Notes: a model not told the origin generated them from the letters alone. A DNA stretch of 49,490 nt from Leptolyngbyaceae cyanobacterium (GCA_965263355.1 CBDHHL010000037.1:1-49490); one strand, 5' to 3'; positions 9,740-17,805 are shown, counted from the first letter of the stretch. Numbers and translations are program-made.

Positions 9740-10120
9740 ATGGAACTGAAAATTAGATCACAGGGTGACATCGAAAAAGCCCTAGTCGGCTGGCACACGG
9801 GTCGACAGGGTGGAATCTCCCGGGCCGAAGCTTTCGCAATGGTTAAGGCTATCGAAATTTGGGAAAGCGCTTATGACATCACTCTATCAATCGATCCTGA
9901 GACGCTCGTCGCTTGCGTTAGCTTCTGTAAGAAGGCATCTGACATTTTCGACATTGATCCAGAGTTCAACCCAAACGAATTGATCGAATTGGCACAGGAT
10001 CCCAATACAACCGTTTTTGAACTCTCAGACGGTGGAATGGTCGTCAAGACTGGTTACTCTCAAATTCCGATGGTTTACTTTTGCTCCGACATCTACGCTT
10101 ACCAAATATTCAACAATTAG
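9740..10120 (+). CDS. Hypothetical early protein
   Basis: 126 aa, AAAGGGA SD. Confidence 0.8.
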   Translation: MELKIRSQGDIEKALVGWHTGRQGGISRAEAFAMVKAIEIWESAYDITLSIDPETLVACVSFCKKASDIFDIDPEFNPNELIELAQDPNTTVFELSDGGMVVKTGYSQIPMVYFCSDIYAYQIFNN

Positions 10121-10132
10121 CAAGAAATAGGG

Positions 10133-10161
10133 TTGACAAACTAGACCAACTGGATTAAGGT
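10133..10161 (+). promoter_or_regulatory. Early promoter P3 (leaderless)
   Basis: TTGACA-17-TAAGGT-7-ATG (10169). Confidence 0.8.
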
Positions 10162-10168
10162 AATAGAC

Positions 10169-10315
10169 ATGATCACAGCAACCGAAAGAAACTTCAACTC
10201 CAACGTGATTCGTGCGATCCACCATTTCGTTCTAGATTACCGACTCGATCCTCACCACCGTGCTAGGTTCCAGTTTGAGTCTGGTTACAGCTTTAAGGTC
10301 CGCTCCACTAAGTAA
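10169..10315 (+). CDS. Hypothetical 48-aa early protein (not in the ORF track)
   Basis: MITATERNFNSNVIRAIHHFVLDY...; starts at the predicted P3 transcription start. Confidence 0.65.
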   Translation: MITATERNFNSNVIRAIHHFVLDYRLDPHHRARFQFESGYSFKVRSTK

Positions 10316-10329
10316 CCAATCAACTAATC

Positions 10330-10373
10330 GCCAGATCAGCAAACTCCTAGGTGCGAGTCCTAGGCTGGCACTA
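10330..10373 (+). ncRNA. tRNA-like (acceptor + T-arm) element, copy 2
   Basis: GCCAG/CTGGC stem stacked on CTAGG-TGCGAGT-CCTAG, ending ACTA. Confidence 0.5.
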
Positions 10374-10415
10374 ACAACCTATCAAACAAGAAAAACAGAA
10401 AAATCAGAAAATAGG

Positions 10416-10444
10416 TTGACAGCAACACAGCAACATGATAAAGT
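10416..10444 (+). promoter_or_regulatory. Early promoter P4
   Basis: TTGACA-17-TAAAGT with A-tracts. Confidence 0.8.
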
Positions 10445-10508
10445 AAAACCAATCAAGTAAAGCAACACAACACAAGATCAACTAAATCAACAAAGAAAGA
10501 AGAATCAA

Positions 10509-10925
10509 ATGACTGCTCAGACCAAGCGCTCCGTTAACGCTCAGCTTTACAAGGTTATTGTCAAGGGCACTAAGGATGGTGTCTTTACTTGGGAGCGTGT
10601 CGGCGAAGGTGATACCGATTTCATCTCAAGTCAGCCCAAGAATAAGGGTGGAGACATCCGACTCACTTTCCAGCAGGCTGCACCTGTCCGTACTGCCGAT
10701 GACGATGATTCTAAGGTGGTTGACGACGGCTACCGTTGGGTTATCACTGCTAAGGGTGTGAGCGTTACGCTTAACCTTAAGCAGCGTGCTCTCGCTCGTC
10801 ATGTGATTGAGCAGATCGACGGTACCTCTGACGATCGCCAGATGGCAGAGCTTGACGCACTCGCTGATTCTCTCGCTGATGCCTTTGGAATCGATCTCGA
10901 CAGCTCTAGCGATGAAGATGAGTAA
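10509..10925 (+). CDS. Hypothetical early protein with acidic tail
   Basis: 138 aa, strongly biased codons, ends DLDSSSDEDE. Confidence 0.85.
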   Translation: MTAQTKRSVNAQLYKVIVKGTKDGVFTWERVGEGDTDFISSQPKNKGGDIRLTFQQAAPVRTADDDDSKVVDDGYRWVITAKGVSVTLNLKQRALARHVIEQIDGTSDDRQMAELDALADSLADAFGIDLDSSSDEDE

Positions 10926-10932
10926 TTAAGCG

Positions 10933-10983
10933 ATAGATGATCGGTCCCTAGGCGACCCCCTGGCTTAGGGGCCGGTTATCTGT
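10933..10983 (+). terminator. 21-bp hairpin (terminator or RNase III-type site)
   Basis: Stem 10933-10953/10963-10983; all non-Watson-Crick pairs are G-U. Confidence 0.65.
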
Positions 10984-11016
10984 TTCTTAAACTCACAAAT
11001 CAGATCTAAAAAATCC

Positions 11017-11045
11017 TTGACACTACCCACCGACTAGGATATATT
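11017..11045 (+). promoter_or_regulatory. Early promoter P5 (leaderless)
   Basis: TTGACA-17-TATATT-6-ATG (11052). Confidence 0.85.
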
Positions 11046-11051
11046 AAAGCC

Positions 11052-11270
11052 ATGACCAATTCGACCGCTCCGACCACTAATCTTCCCATCCTCCACAGCA
11101 ATTGCAACGGAATCGGCCGATGCGCTAGCTGTAAGGGAACCACTAACATGCAGTGGCTCATTAATCCTAGGCCAGCAACCAACAACATCGACCCGCACAA
11201 TCCGCACGTCGATCACATCGAGTTCGTTTGCACCACTTGTATCGACACTTTCACCAACCCAACCAACTAG
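11052..11270 (+). CDS. Small zinc-finger protein
   Basis: CASC...CTTC. Confidence 0.75.
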   Translation: MTNSTAPTTNLPILHSNCNGIGRCASCKGTTNMQWLINPRPATNNIDPHNPHVDHIEFVCTTCIDTFTNPTN

Positions 11271-11385
11271 CAAAGGTAAGCAACATGCTCCACTATTAAG
11301 TACTCTTAATATGTTTCCGGATACTAGCCTAGGAAGTATCGTAACCGGTTAACAGAGTACCATACATTAAACCCTATACCCTACC

Positions 11386-11419
11386 GAAGGGAGTCGGTCC
11401 ATACGGATCGGCTCTCTTC
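11386..11419 (+). terminator. Hairpin, probable terminator
   Basis: GAAGGGAGTCGGTCC-ATAC-GGATCGGCTCTCTTC. Confidence 0.55.
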
Positions 11420-11493
11420 ATGTTTAGCGGTCCATCTAACTAGTCCAGATAGACCGTTACCTATCGCTCAATTAACTAATCTAAAAAATAGGG

Positions 11494-11522
11494 TTGACAA
11501 ACCAGTCCATCCGTACTAGTGT
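11494..11522 (+). promoter_or_regulatory. Early promoter P6 (near-leaderless)
   Basis: TTGACA-17-TAGTGT-8-ATG (11531). Confidence 0.75.
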
Positions 11523-11530
11523 GCAACACT

Positions 11531-12544
11531 ATGGAAACGGGTACACTAAACAATTCAACTGACCAACCAACCATACAAGATATCTTTAACTCTCCTGGAC
11601 TCACTGTCGCCGTTCTTTTCGTAGACGAGCAGGGCAACAGCCACCTTACTCCAGACTGTGACAAGGTCGTAGGCGCCACCACCGTAGTAACTAATTACGA
11701 CGACCGTGGTTCGTATGTCTGTAGCTGTATTCCCCTGCCACCTAAGCACACCGTCCCACAAGCCCTACAGCAGTCCGCTAGCTCGATCGGCACCACCCAT
11801 AGCCCAAGCTCCACCAGCGCTCATCACGGCGGCTCCCTGCAGCGCTCCTGGCCTTCCGATCTCGACCAGCTCGACCCATCGGCTCTGTCTCTGGTCAACT
11901 TCCCTAACCAGGATTTTATTATTTGGCTCGGCAACACTAAGCGTAAGCTGACTCCCGAAGATGTCGAAGCAATTCAGGAGCTTAAGGCCATCGCTACTAA
12001 ATACGTGATGGACGAAGCCAATAAGCCAGAGAACAAAGACAATGACTTTATCATCTCTGTCGCTAACGCTTGCGCTCGTTACGATATCTCTCCTGGTCAA
12101 GCTAAGGGTGTTCTCAATTGGTGGCGATCGCAAATTCAGCGCTCACAGCGTAATAATCCTGCACCCAAGAATGATAATCCCACCTCCTCTGTGGTTCCCT
12201 CGGATGAAGGGGCCGCTATTGATCTCGATCTGAGTAACGTTCCCGATGGGACTTACTTGGTTGAGCGGGTCATTATGAAGGTCAATAAGCCTACTAATAA
12301 TAGGTGGGCAGGATGGGCTTTTATTAATGGCGAGCAGCGAGGTGACAAGATTGGTAACCAACGGCCCGGAGCTTTCTATAAGGGCCAGTACGCCGACCTA
12401 GTGGCCAAGCTGATTAGCGATCCGCTCAAGTACGCTAAGGCTTATGGGATTGAGACCGGACAGTGTGGCAACTGCGGACGCACGCTAACTAATCCTGAGT
12501 CCATCGCTAAGGGTATTGGTCCCATCTGTGAAGGTCGCTACTGA
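11531..12544 (+). CDS. DUF6011 zinc-finger domain protein
   Basis: C-terminal CGNCGRTLTNPESIAKGIGPIC. Confidence 0.85.
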   Translation: METGTLNNSTDQPTIQDIFNSPGLTVAVLFVDEQGNSHLTPDCDKVVGATTVVTNYDDRGSYVCSCIPLPPKHTVPQALQQSASSIGTTHSPSSTSAHHGGSLQRSWPSDLDQLDPSALSLVNFPNQDFIIWLGNTKRKLTPEDVEAIQELKAIATKYVMDEANKPENKDNDFIISVANACARYDISPGQAKGVLNWWRSQIQRSQRNNPAPKNDNPTSSVVPSDEGAAIDLDLSNVPDGTYLVERVIMKVNKPTNNRWAGWAFINGEQRGDKIGNQRPGAFYKGQYADLVAKLISDPLKYAKAYGIETGQCGNCGRTLTNPESIAKGIGPICEGRY

Positions 12545-12546
12545 TT

Positions 12547-12610
12547 AGTAATCATAAGGGACTCTATCAACCTCAAGCTAGGAAGGTTGGTAGGGTTCAT
12601 TATGACTACT
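12547..12610 (+). terminator. Long imperfect hairpin (terminator or processing site)
   Basis: AGTAATCATAA/TTATGACTACT plus ACTCTATCAACCT/AGGTTGGTAGGGT. Confidence 0.6.
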
Positions 12611-12624
12611 GAAAGGGAAAGGGT

Positions 12625-12861
12625 ATGTATTCATTTGTAAGTGTTAATACAGATGAGAATAACGGTACTACTTGGACTATTCATCCATTCGATAAGAGGT
12701 TTGAATTTTCTGAGACAGAAGACGGAAAAGGATTAGTCCTACAATTGGATACAGAAGATTTCTTGTACCTTATCCGAAGAGTTACAAGTGATATGCTATT
12801 AGAGTTTAGTAATCAGTTGAGTCTTAATGATGCTCAACCGTTTACACAATTGGGTAGGTAA
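12625..12861 (+). CDS. Hypothetical protein
   Basis: 78 aa, SD, operon packing. Confidence 0.7.
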   Translation: MYSFVSVNTDENNGTTWTIHPFDKRFEFSETEDGKGLVLQLDTEDFLYLIRRVTSDMLLEFSNQLSLNDAQPFTQLGR

Positions 12862-12864
12862 TCT

Positions 12865-13140
12865 ATGCCACTTAAATCTATATGGATAATTGTAGATGAG
12901 AATGGAGAAACAGAGCGAGAGAGATTAGCTAGATACACAGGATCGGAGACCGTTGTAGAGTTAAGTAGAGACAACGTGCAAGGTTTCCTAGACACTATGA
13001 ACAACGTTCACAGAGGCTCTACAGATCTCTTGATAGAGAAAGGGTGGACCCCATTAAAGATTAACCTAACATTCTCACGTAGCACTATCGAGATTGTTGG
13101 AGACCCTAGACTAATAGATTTGTTTGGATTGTATAGATGA
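12865..13140 (+). CDS. Hypothetical protein
   Basis: 91 aa, coupled to the next gene. Confidence 0.7.
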   Translation: MPLKSIWIIVDENGETERERLARYTGSETVVELSRDNVQGFLDTMNNVHRGSTDLLIEKGWTPLKINLTFSRSTIEIVGDPRLIDLFGLYR

Positions 13141-13346
13141 GTGAAGAACAGTTGACAAGCGCATCGTTTCAAATCTCAAGCGACAATGGAGAACAGTTAA
13201 CGAGGATTATGGAGGCTATCCGCACGCTAGTAGAGACGTCAGAAGAACCGGTAAAGGTAGAGGTTCACTATGGAGCTAGACGAATTAGGTTCGTGGCGCC
13301 TATGTATTTAGAAGCGCAACTAAGGATGATGGAGGTTATTATTTAA
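13137..13346 (+). CDS. Hypothetical protein
   Basis: ATGA overlap. Confidence 0.7.
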   Translation: MSEEQLTSASFQISSDNGEQLTRIMEAIRTLVETSEEPVKVEVHYGARRIRFVAPMYLEAQLRMMEVII

Positions 13347-13603
13347 TGTTAGGACCTGGACAATTCACTAAAGAGCCCGCTATCTTAGAGGGTAGAACAA
13401 TCATTACCGTTACATGCGGTGTTTGTGAAAAGCCTAAGGAGCCTATTAACTTACGTGACGAGGATTGGAAAGAGTATACGAGCGATGATCCTAATCGTAG
13501 GTATGTGCAAGAGATCTTCTATTATCTAGACGCTAACCAACGTGAGCTATTAACGAGCGGAACTTGTGGAGAGTGTTTTGATGCGCTATTTTCAGAGGGT
13601 TAA
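13346..13603 (+). CDS. Zinc-finger protein
   Basis: CGVC...RELLTSGTCGECFD. Confidence 0.75.
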   Translation: MLGPGQFTKEPAILEGRTIITVTCGVCEKPKEPINLRDEDWKEYTSDDPNRRYVQEIFYYLDANQRELLTSGTCGECFDALFSEG

Positions 13604-13721
13604 ACTAGAGGATATCTTCGATTTAGGTAGAGGAGCTGTCGGCCTTTTCCTGCTATTAGTTATAGGATCCTATTACATTATCAAGGATAAATTGACAGGC
13701 GAGACAAAGTATATACCATGA
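13581..13721 (+). CDS. Small membrane protein (46 aa, not in the track)
   Basis: AVGLFLLLVIGSYYII segment; ATGA coupling to 13718. Confidence 0.5.
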   Translation: MRYFQRVKLEDIFDLGRGAVGLFLLLVIGSYYIIKDKLTGETKYIP

Positions 13722-14068
13722 TACAGGTTAAGGTTTATTACGTTCGCTCGTTTGGAGAGTTATCGGGTCCAGAAATTGAGGCTATTCAGAATAAGGATGG
13801 TGATCTATTAGATTTTGGAGACTCCTTTACAAACTATTTGTTCTGTAGGACAGAGTACGAAGGCTTAGATATCCCTTATATTCGTTACGTTAATTGCGAT
13901 GGTGGCGAGGCAGAGGATCAAACACTAAGGCGTGACTATTCTTGGGTAGCTGAGGAACTTAATAGAGCTTATGTAGAGGGTACTGGCCTAGATGTAGATC
14001 AACTTTACTCTATGTTAAAGGACTTTATGACTACAGCAAATAGATTAAAGGAAGTCTATGGACTCTAA
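13718..14068 (+). CDS. Hypothetical phage protein (DGGExED motif)
   Basis: DGGEAEDQTLRRDYSWVAEELNRAY. Confidence 0.75.
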   Translation: MIQVKVYYVRSFGELSGPEIEAIQNKDGDLLDFGDSFTNYLFCRTEYEGLDIPYIRYVNCDGGEAEDQTLRRDYSWVAEELNRAYVEGTGLDVDQLYSMLKDFMTTANRLKEVYGL

Positions 14069-14219
14069 CGAGAAAGAGGAAAAGCCAGACTACAGTTTAA
14101 ATGAGCATCCAGTAAGTCGAACGCAATTTATAACCGAGACACTTATTTGGATTATAGGTGGCGGTGTTATAGCATTAATGATAGCAGAAGCGATTATAAA
14201 ATCAGGAGTTTTAGAATGA
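14058..14219 (+). CDS. Small membrane protein (53 aa, not in the track)
   Basis: LIWIIGGGVIALMIAEAII; overlaps both neighbours. Confidence 0.55.
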   Translation: MDSNEKEEKPDYSLNEHPVSRTQFITETLIWIIGGGVIALMIAEAIIKSGVLE

Positions 14220-14401
14220 GTGAGCCTAGTGCATTTTGGAATATTGATATCGGATTGGAATTGCAAGAGGATAATCTAGAGGAATTAAGTGCAGATGAAG
14301 CGAGCGAGCTTTTAGAATCAATTGTTGATAAGATTTCATCTATGCTTATCGAGGATCCTATGGTCTATAATGTAGAGATTTCGTTTAGTGAATCCGACTA
14401 G
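14216..14401 (+). CDS. Very acidic small protein
   Basis: MSEPSAFW start after AGGAG; about 17 D/E versus 1 K in 61 aa. Confidence 0.7.
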   Translation: MSEPSAFWNIDIGLELQEDNLEELSADEASELLESIVDKISSMLIEDPMVYNVEISFSESD

Positions 14402-14527
14402 GATCTATTCAATGTATAGAAATTTACCACCGTATTTAAAGGTAATTTATTTCACCGCATTAACAATTGTTTGGGGAGTATTGGTTTATATGTATGTTGT
14501 TTGGTCTAAACCTCCGGCAGGCTGATA

Positions 14528-14803
14528 ATGGCAAATCATCCAGAGGGTAGAATTATCATAGCCTTACGCATCTGTTCTAGAATAGAGGATATAACATCAG
14601 AGAGATTAAAACCTACAGACGAGGAATTTTCAAGGGCTTTAGCCACACCATTTAGGCATGGCAGTAGGCAATTATTAGCTCCAATTGTAGGTGATTTAAG
14701 TAAAGTTCAAGAGCACTATTATCCGAGCAAAGAGACATTCGATTTAGCACATATGATATTTACTAGATTCGTGGTTACTGAGAATGATAATAAAGACAAC
14801 TAA
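14528..14803 (+). CDS. Hypothetical protein
   Basis: 91 aa, operon packing. Confidence 0.65.
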   Translation: MANHPEGRIIIALRICSRIEDITSERLKPTDEEFSRALATPFRHGSRQLLAPIVGDLSKVQEHYYPSKETFDLAHMIFTRFVVTENDNKDN

Positions 14804-14978
14804 AAATGAAATTGTTGAGCGCCATAGAAGGATTTACGAGGATATCATTACTGGTAATTGCAGCATTTCTTGCGCTAGTGCTATTCACGATAATCATTGT
14901 AATTGTAGGTGCTATGGTAGTAATCATGGCGCTCTATGGATTGATGAAGTCATCGTTGAGCGCAGCGAGCGAGGCTAA
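14784..14978 (+). CDS. Cys/His-rich small protein
   Basis: CSISC...CNCRCYGSNHG metal-binding motif; TAATG coupling. Confidence 0.7.
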   Translation: MIIKTTKNEIVERHRRIYEDIITGNCSISCASAIHDNHCNCRCYGSNHGALWIDEVIVERSERG

Positions 14979-15223
14979 TGGCGATGAGCTATTTGATTAA
15001 CGGAAAAAGGATTCAAAAGCAAAGACCAAAGATTAGTACATATCACAAGAAGCATGGTCGAAAACCTAAGGTTCATGTGTTAGTATATAACACAGCTAAC
15101 TCTACTTATGTTAGAGTGTGCGATGGATTCTTTTCTCCTATTGGAGATAATCTACCAAATGATACAGAAGTAACTTGTCAAGCTTGTCACTTTTATATGG
15201 AGAATAACGTTGGTAATAGCTAG
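14978..15223 (+). CDS. Hypothetical zinc-binding protein
   Basis: H...C...VTCQAC. Confidence 0.65.
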   Translation: MAMSYLINGKRIQKQRPKISTYHKKHGRKPKVHVLVYNTANSTYVRVCDGFFSPIGDNLPNDTEVTCQACHFYMENNVGNS

Positions 15224-15392
15224 GTTTTATAATCGTACTGCTAGGAAGATTGAGGTAGGAGACCTAGTAGAAAATATCTTATTGTCTAGAACAGCAGAGG
15301 TTTTAGAACTGCAATTAGATACTGTTAAAGTTCGAGTTAAAGCAGGATATGAGGAATGGCCTTACTCTTATATAATTTATGCTGGAGAATAG
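15210..15392 (+). CDS. Hypothetical small beta-barrel protein
   Basis: IEVGDLV motif; packing. Confidence 0.55.
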   Translation: MVIARFYNRTARKIEVGDLVENILLSRTAEVLELQLDTVKVRVKAGYEEWPYSYIIYAGE

Positions 15393-15699
15393 CGTGACAG
15401 TATCTAGAGATTTAGAGGTTGTGGGCACTACTGTAGAGACTTTAAAACATTCATATGATACGAACGGTGTATGCCCAGTATGCGATAGAGTTAAGCCAGG
15501 ATATTTAAAGTTTTCTGATAACGAGATTCAGGATATCTTTGTTGCCTATTTGATTGATAAATGGACATGGAATATGATATGTGAGAGGTGGCCTATGGCA
15601 CGAGATACATTATCGAAAATTCTTAAGAGAGAAACTTATAAGCATGTTGATATTACTTGGATTGAGGATAAGGCTAAGCGATTAGCAAATGAAGACTGA
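15379..15699 (+). CDS. CxxC + helix-turn-helix protein
   Basis: CPVC; FSDNEIQDI...TLSKILKRETYKHV. Confidence 0.65.
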   Translation: MLENSVTVSRDLEVVGTTVETLKHSYDTNGVCPVCDRVKPGYLKFSDNEIQDIFVAYLIDKWTWNMICERWPMARDTLSKILKRETYKHVDITWIEDKAKRLANED

Positions 15700-15901
15700 C
15701 TTTGCATTAGTTCAAGTATTAGTAGGTTGTATTGTATGCGGCAAGACTTCTGTTCTTTTGTTAGAGCGAGAGGTTTATTTACACTCATTCAATCATGTGT
15801 CTAAGTACCATGATTTAGTAAAAAGTTTACCCTATAGTCAACAGGAAATTAGTATGTTACAATTCGGAAGGTGTTCTAGTTTACGATGTTTAAAGTTTTA
15901 G
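15689..15901 (+). CDS. Hypothetical zinc-finger protein
   Basis: CIVCG...CSSLRC. Confidence 0.55.
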   Translation: MKTDFALVQVLVGCIVCGKTSVLLLEREVYLHSFNHVSKYHDLVKSLPYSQQEISMLQFGRCSSLRCLKF

Positions 15902-16080
15902 CAATTTCAATTGGAGTCCTCTCCTGTGGTCTATTTGGGGGGACGGCCTTTTTCATTTGGTGGTCCCGATATTTACATAAAGACCACGAGGACCGTATGA
16001 AAGAGTATATGTCTGGCGAGGAAGTAAATGAAATCTATCAGTATTTAGCTACTATGTATGATAGTAGGCGTGATGACTAA
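15886..16080 (+). CDS. Small membrane protein
   Basis: N-terminal transmembrane segment. Confidence 0.65.
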   Translation: MFKVLAISIGVLSCGLFGGTAFFIWWSRYLHKDHEDRMKEYMSGEEVNEIYQYLATMYDSRRDD

Positions 16081-16690
16081 TCCACTTTCATTTAGGGTAT
16101 GTGGAGATTGTTCTATCTTACCTGATTATACTGATAGAGAAATCACAGACATATTCGAGAATACATATTACAGGTGTAAGATTTGTGGGCAGGAGAAACT
16201 AGACGGTTGCTATATGTTATTCGCTCATGATTCCGAAGACCATAATCCTGTTTTCCCTTATGTAGGTATAACAGGGTTTAGACAAACAGGCAAAACTAGA
16301 TCTCTTATAAGCAAGATGAAAGAATTCGAGATGAGAGATAGTTTATTCTACATAGTTGTGCCATATGAGAATAGAAAGAACCATTTAATAAGCGAGATAC
16401 ATAGTAATACAGAATTTGAGGTAGTTAAAAATTTCGTTTTTGTCGACCCAAATAAAATAGAGGAATGGTTTAGAGGAATACGAGAGCCAGATAGGAATAT
16501 ATACGTAGATGAAATACAAAATTTATCGGACAATGCAGTAACAGAGATCTCTATCGCTTGCGCCACTGGTCGAGCAGGAAGATTATTTTTCACTAAGACT
16601 AGGACAGCTCTAGATATCCTTATGGAACGTGCTCATATGACAGTTATTACCCATCCAGAGCCTAGGCCGACAGAAAAATCTGAGGGTTAG
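16058..16690 (+). CDS. P-loop NTPase with N-terminal CxxC pairs
   Basis: GFRQTGKT Walker A, IYVDEIQ Walker B. Confidence 0.7.
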   Translation: MIVGVMTNPLSFRVCGDCSILPDYTDREITDIFENTYYRCKICGQEKLDGCYMLFAHDSEDHNPVFPYVGITGFRQTGKTRSLISKMKEFEMRDSLFYIVVPYENRKNHLISEIHSNTEFEVVKNFVFVDPNKIEEWFRGIREPDRNIYVDEIQNLSDNAVTEISIACATGRAGRLFFTKTRTALDILMERAHMTVITHPEPRPTEKSEG

Positions 16691-16692
16691 GG

Positions 16693-16721
16693 TTGACATA
16701 GCAGTCTAGGCAGACTAGGGT
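16693..16721 (+). promoter_or_regulatory. Promoter P7 upstream of the tRNA cluster
   Basis: AGGG-TTGACA-17-TAGGGT, same context as P3 and P6. Confidence 0.7.
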
Positions 16722-16765
16722 AGAAACCAGTGACCACAGGACAGCAGCAACGGAGGTTTAGGTTT

Positions 16766-16996
16766 ATGGTAGTGACTAATGCGGTCCACGCTAGTACTAC
16801 ATCTGACAAGATAATTGAATTTGTAGGGGCACGAGCAGCTTTTCTAAATGCTGTGAGTAATGCTGATCGAGACGAAGCTGTAAAGCAGGCTGCTAGTATG
16901 ATTGATGTTAAAGAGGACATCATGCAGGTTTTGGTGGCGGATGTTTCGGCCGCTCAATCTGTTCTACAGCATTGGGATTTTGTCCAGAAAAAGTAA
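16766..16996 (+). CDS. Hypothetical protein
   Basis: GGAGG SD then ATG at 16766. Confidence 0.7.
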   Translation: MVVTNAVHASTTSDKIIEFVGARAAFLNAVSNADRDEAVKQAASMIDVKEDIMQVLVADVSAAQSVLQHWDFVQKK

Positions 16997-17006
16997 GGAT
17001 CTTAAT

Positions 17007-17171
17007 ATGTGGGATGCTGACCTTGTAGTAAGGACAGTTAGAATTGAAAATAAAAGCGATCTATCTTATGAAGAGTTGAGTGAAGATCCTAACCCTAATT
17101 ATAGTGAAGTTTGGATTTCCATGGAAGCTAACGAGGATGTGTTAGAGATCACTATTCGTAATGCTCCATAG
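17007..17171 (+). CDS. Hypothetical acidic protein
   Basis: AAGGA SD, MWDADL start. Confidence 0.6.
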   Translation: MWDADLVVRTVRIENKSDLSYEELSEDPNPNYSEVWISMEANEDVLEITIRNAP

Positions 17172-17181
17172 ATAAGGTTTC

Positions 17182-17255
17182 GGGCGTATAGCTCAGTTGG
17201 TTAGAGCACGGCACTCATAATGCCTAGGTCCAGGGTTCAAGTCCCTGTGCGCCCA
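17182..17255 (+). tRNA. tRNA with CAT anticodon; probably Ile2 (lysidine, reads ATA) rather than Met
   Basis: Cloverleaf GGGCGTA/TGCGCCC, loop CTCATAA, TTCAAGT T-loop; G3-C70 and C4-G69 rather than the Met-type C3-G70; no encoded CCA. Confidence 0.9.
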
Positions 17256-17257
17256 CA

Positions 17258-17503
17258 ATGAATAAAAGAAACACTTGTGGTTTATGTGCTCATTATGGAA
17301 ATGAGGGGCCTTGCCCTTATGATGAAAAGGCAGAATCAGTGACACATTTCAGTGAAGAAGATTATCAAGAAGTCAAAGAGTTTATCGAGTCTCATCCATG
17401 GGCAAATGATATTACAGATTGGGTACAACCCATTATGGAGGATTTTGGTATGGAAGAGTCAGTAGCTAAGGCTATCTTTAATAGGTATAGTAATGAAATC
17501 TAG
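17258..17503 (+). CDS. Hypothetical protein
   Basis: 81 aa, CGLC...CP, starts 2 nt after the tRNA. Confidence 0.65.
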   Translation: MNKRNTCGLCAHYGNEGPCPYDEKAESVTHFSEEDYQEVKEFIESHPWANDITDWVQPIMEDFGMEESVAKAIFNRYSNEI

Positions 17504-17711
17504 AATCATTGTTACATTTGAATATGATATCACTAACCCTAAAGCGTATTTAAATAGTGATGAACCGTCAAATGATCCTGATCTATTGGCTGAAAGAGTT
17601 TTACAAACGGATGGAAACTTTGAAACTGTAGAGCTTTTACTTATTAACAGAGAATTTGTAAAGGCTGAGATTCATTGTAATGGATACAGTAGAGTGTTCC
17701 ATGAAGAGTAA
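17493..17711 (+). CDS. Hypothetical protein
   Basis: 72 aa, overlap coupling. Confidence 0.65.
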   Translation: MKSRIIVTFEYDITNPKAYLNSDEPSNDPDLLAERVLQTDGNFETVELLLINREFVKAEIHCNGYSRVFHEE

Positions 17712-17721
17712 TTAGATACTG

Positions 17722-17803
17722 GCCCCGTTGGCGGAATTGGCATACGCAGTTGACTTAAAATCAACGGTCGAAAGACATATGGGTTCGAGTCCCATACGGG
17801 GTA
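17722..17803 (+). tRNA. tRNA-Leu (anticodon TAA)
   Basis: GCCCCGT/ACGGGGT acceptor, GTTGA-CTTAAAA-TCAAC, long variable arm, TTCGAGT T-loop. Confidence 0.93.
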
Positions 17804-17805
17804 CT

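Noticed and set aside
13692..13719. TTGACA promoter
   Set aside because: Lies within the probable small ORF 13581-13721, and the -10 candidate overlaps the next start codon
14806..15000. Hydrophobic ORF overlapping 14784-14978
   Set aside because: The other frame has a metal-binding motif and stop/start coupling, so this is probably a shadow frame, though not excluded
17728..17805. N-terminal extension of ORF 17728-17952
   Set aside because: Overlaps tRNA-Leu; the real start is probably 17806
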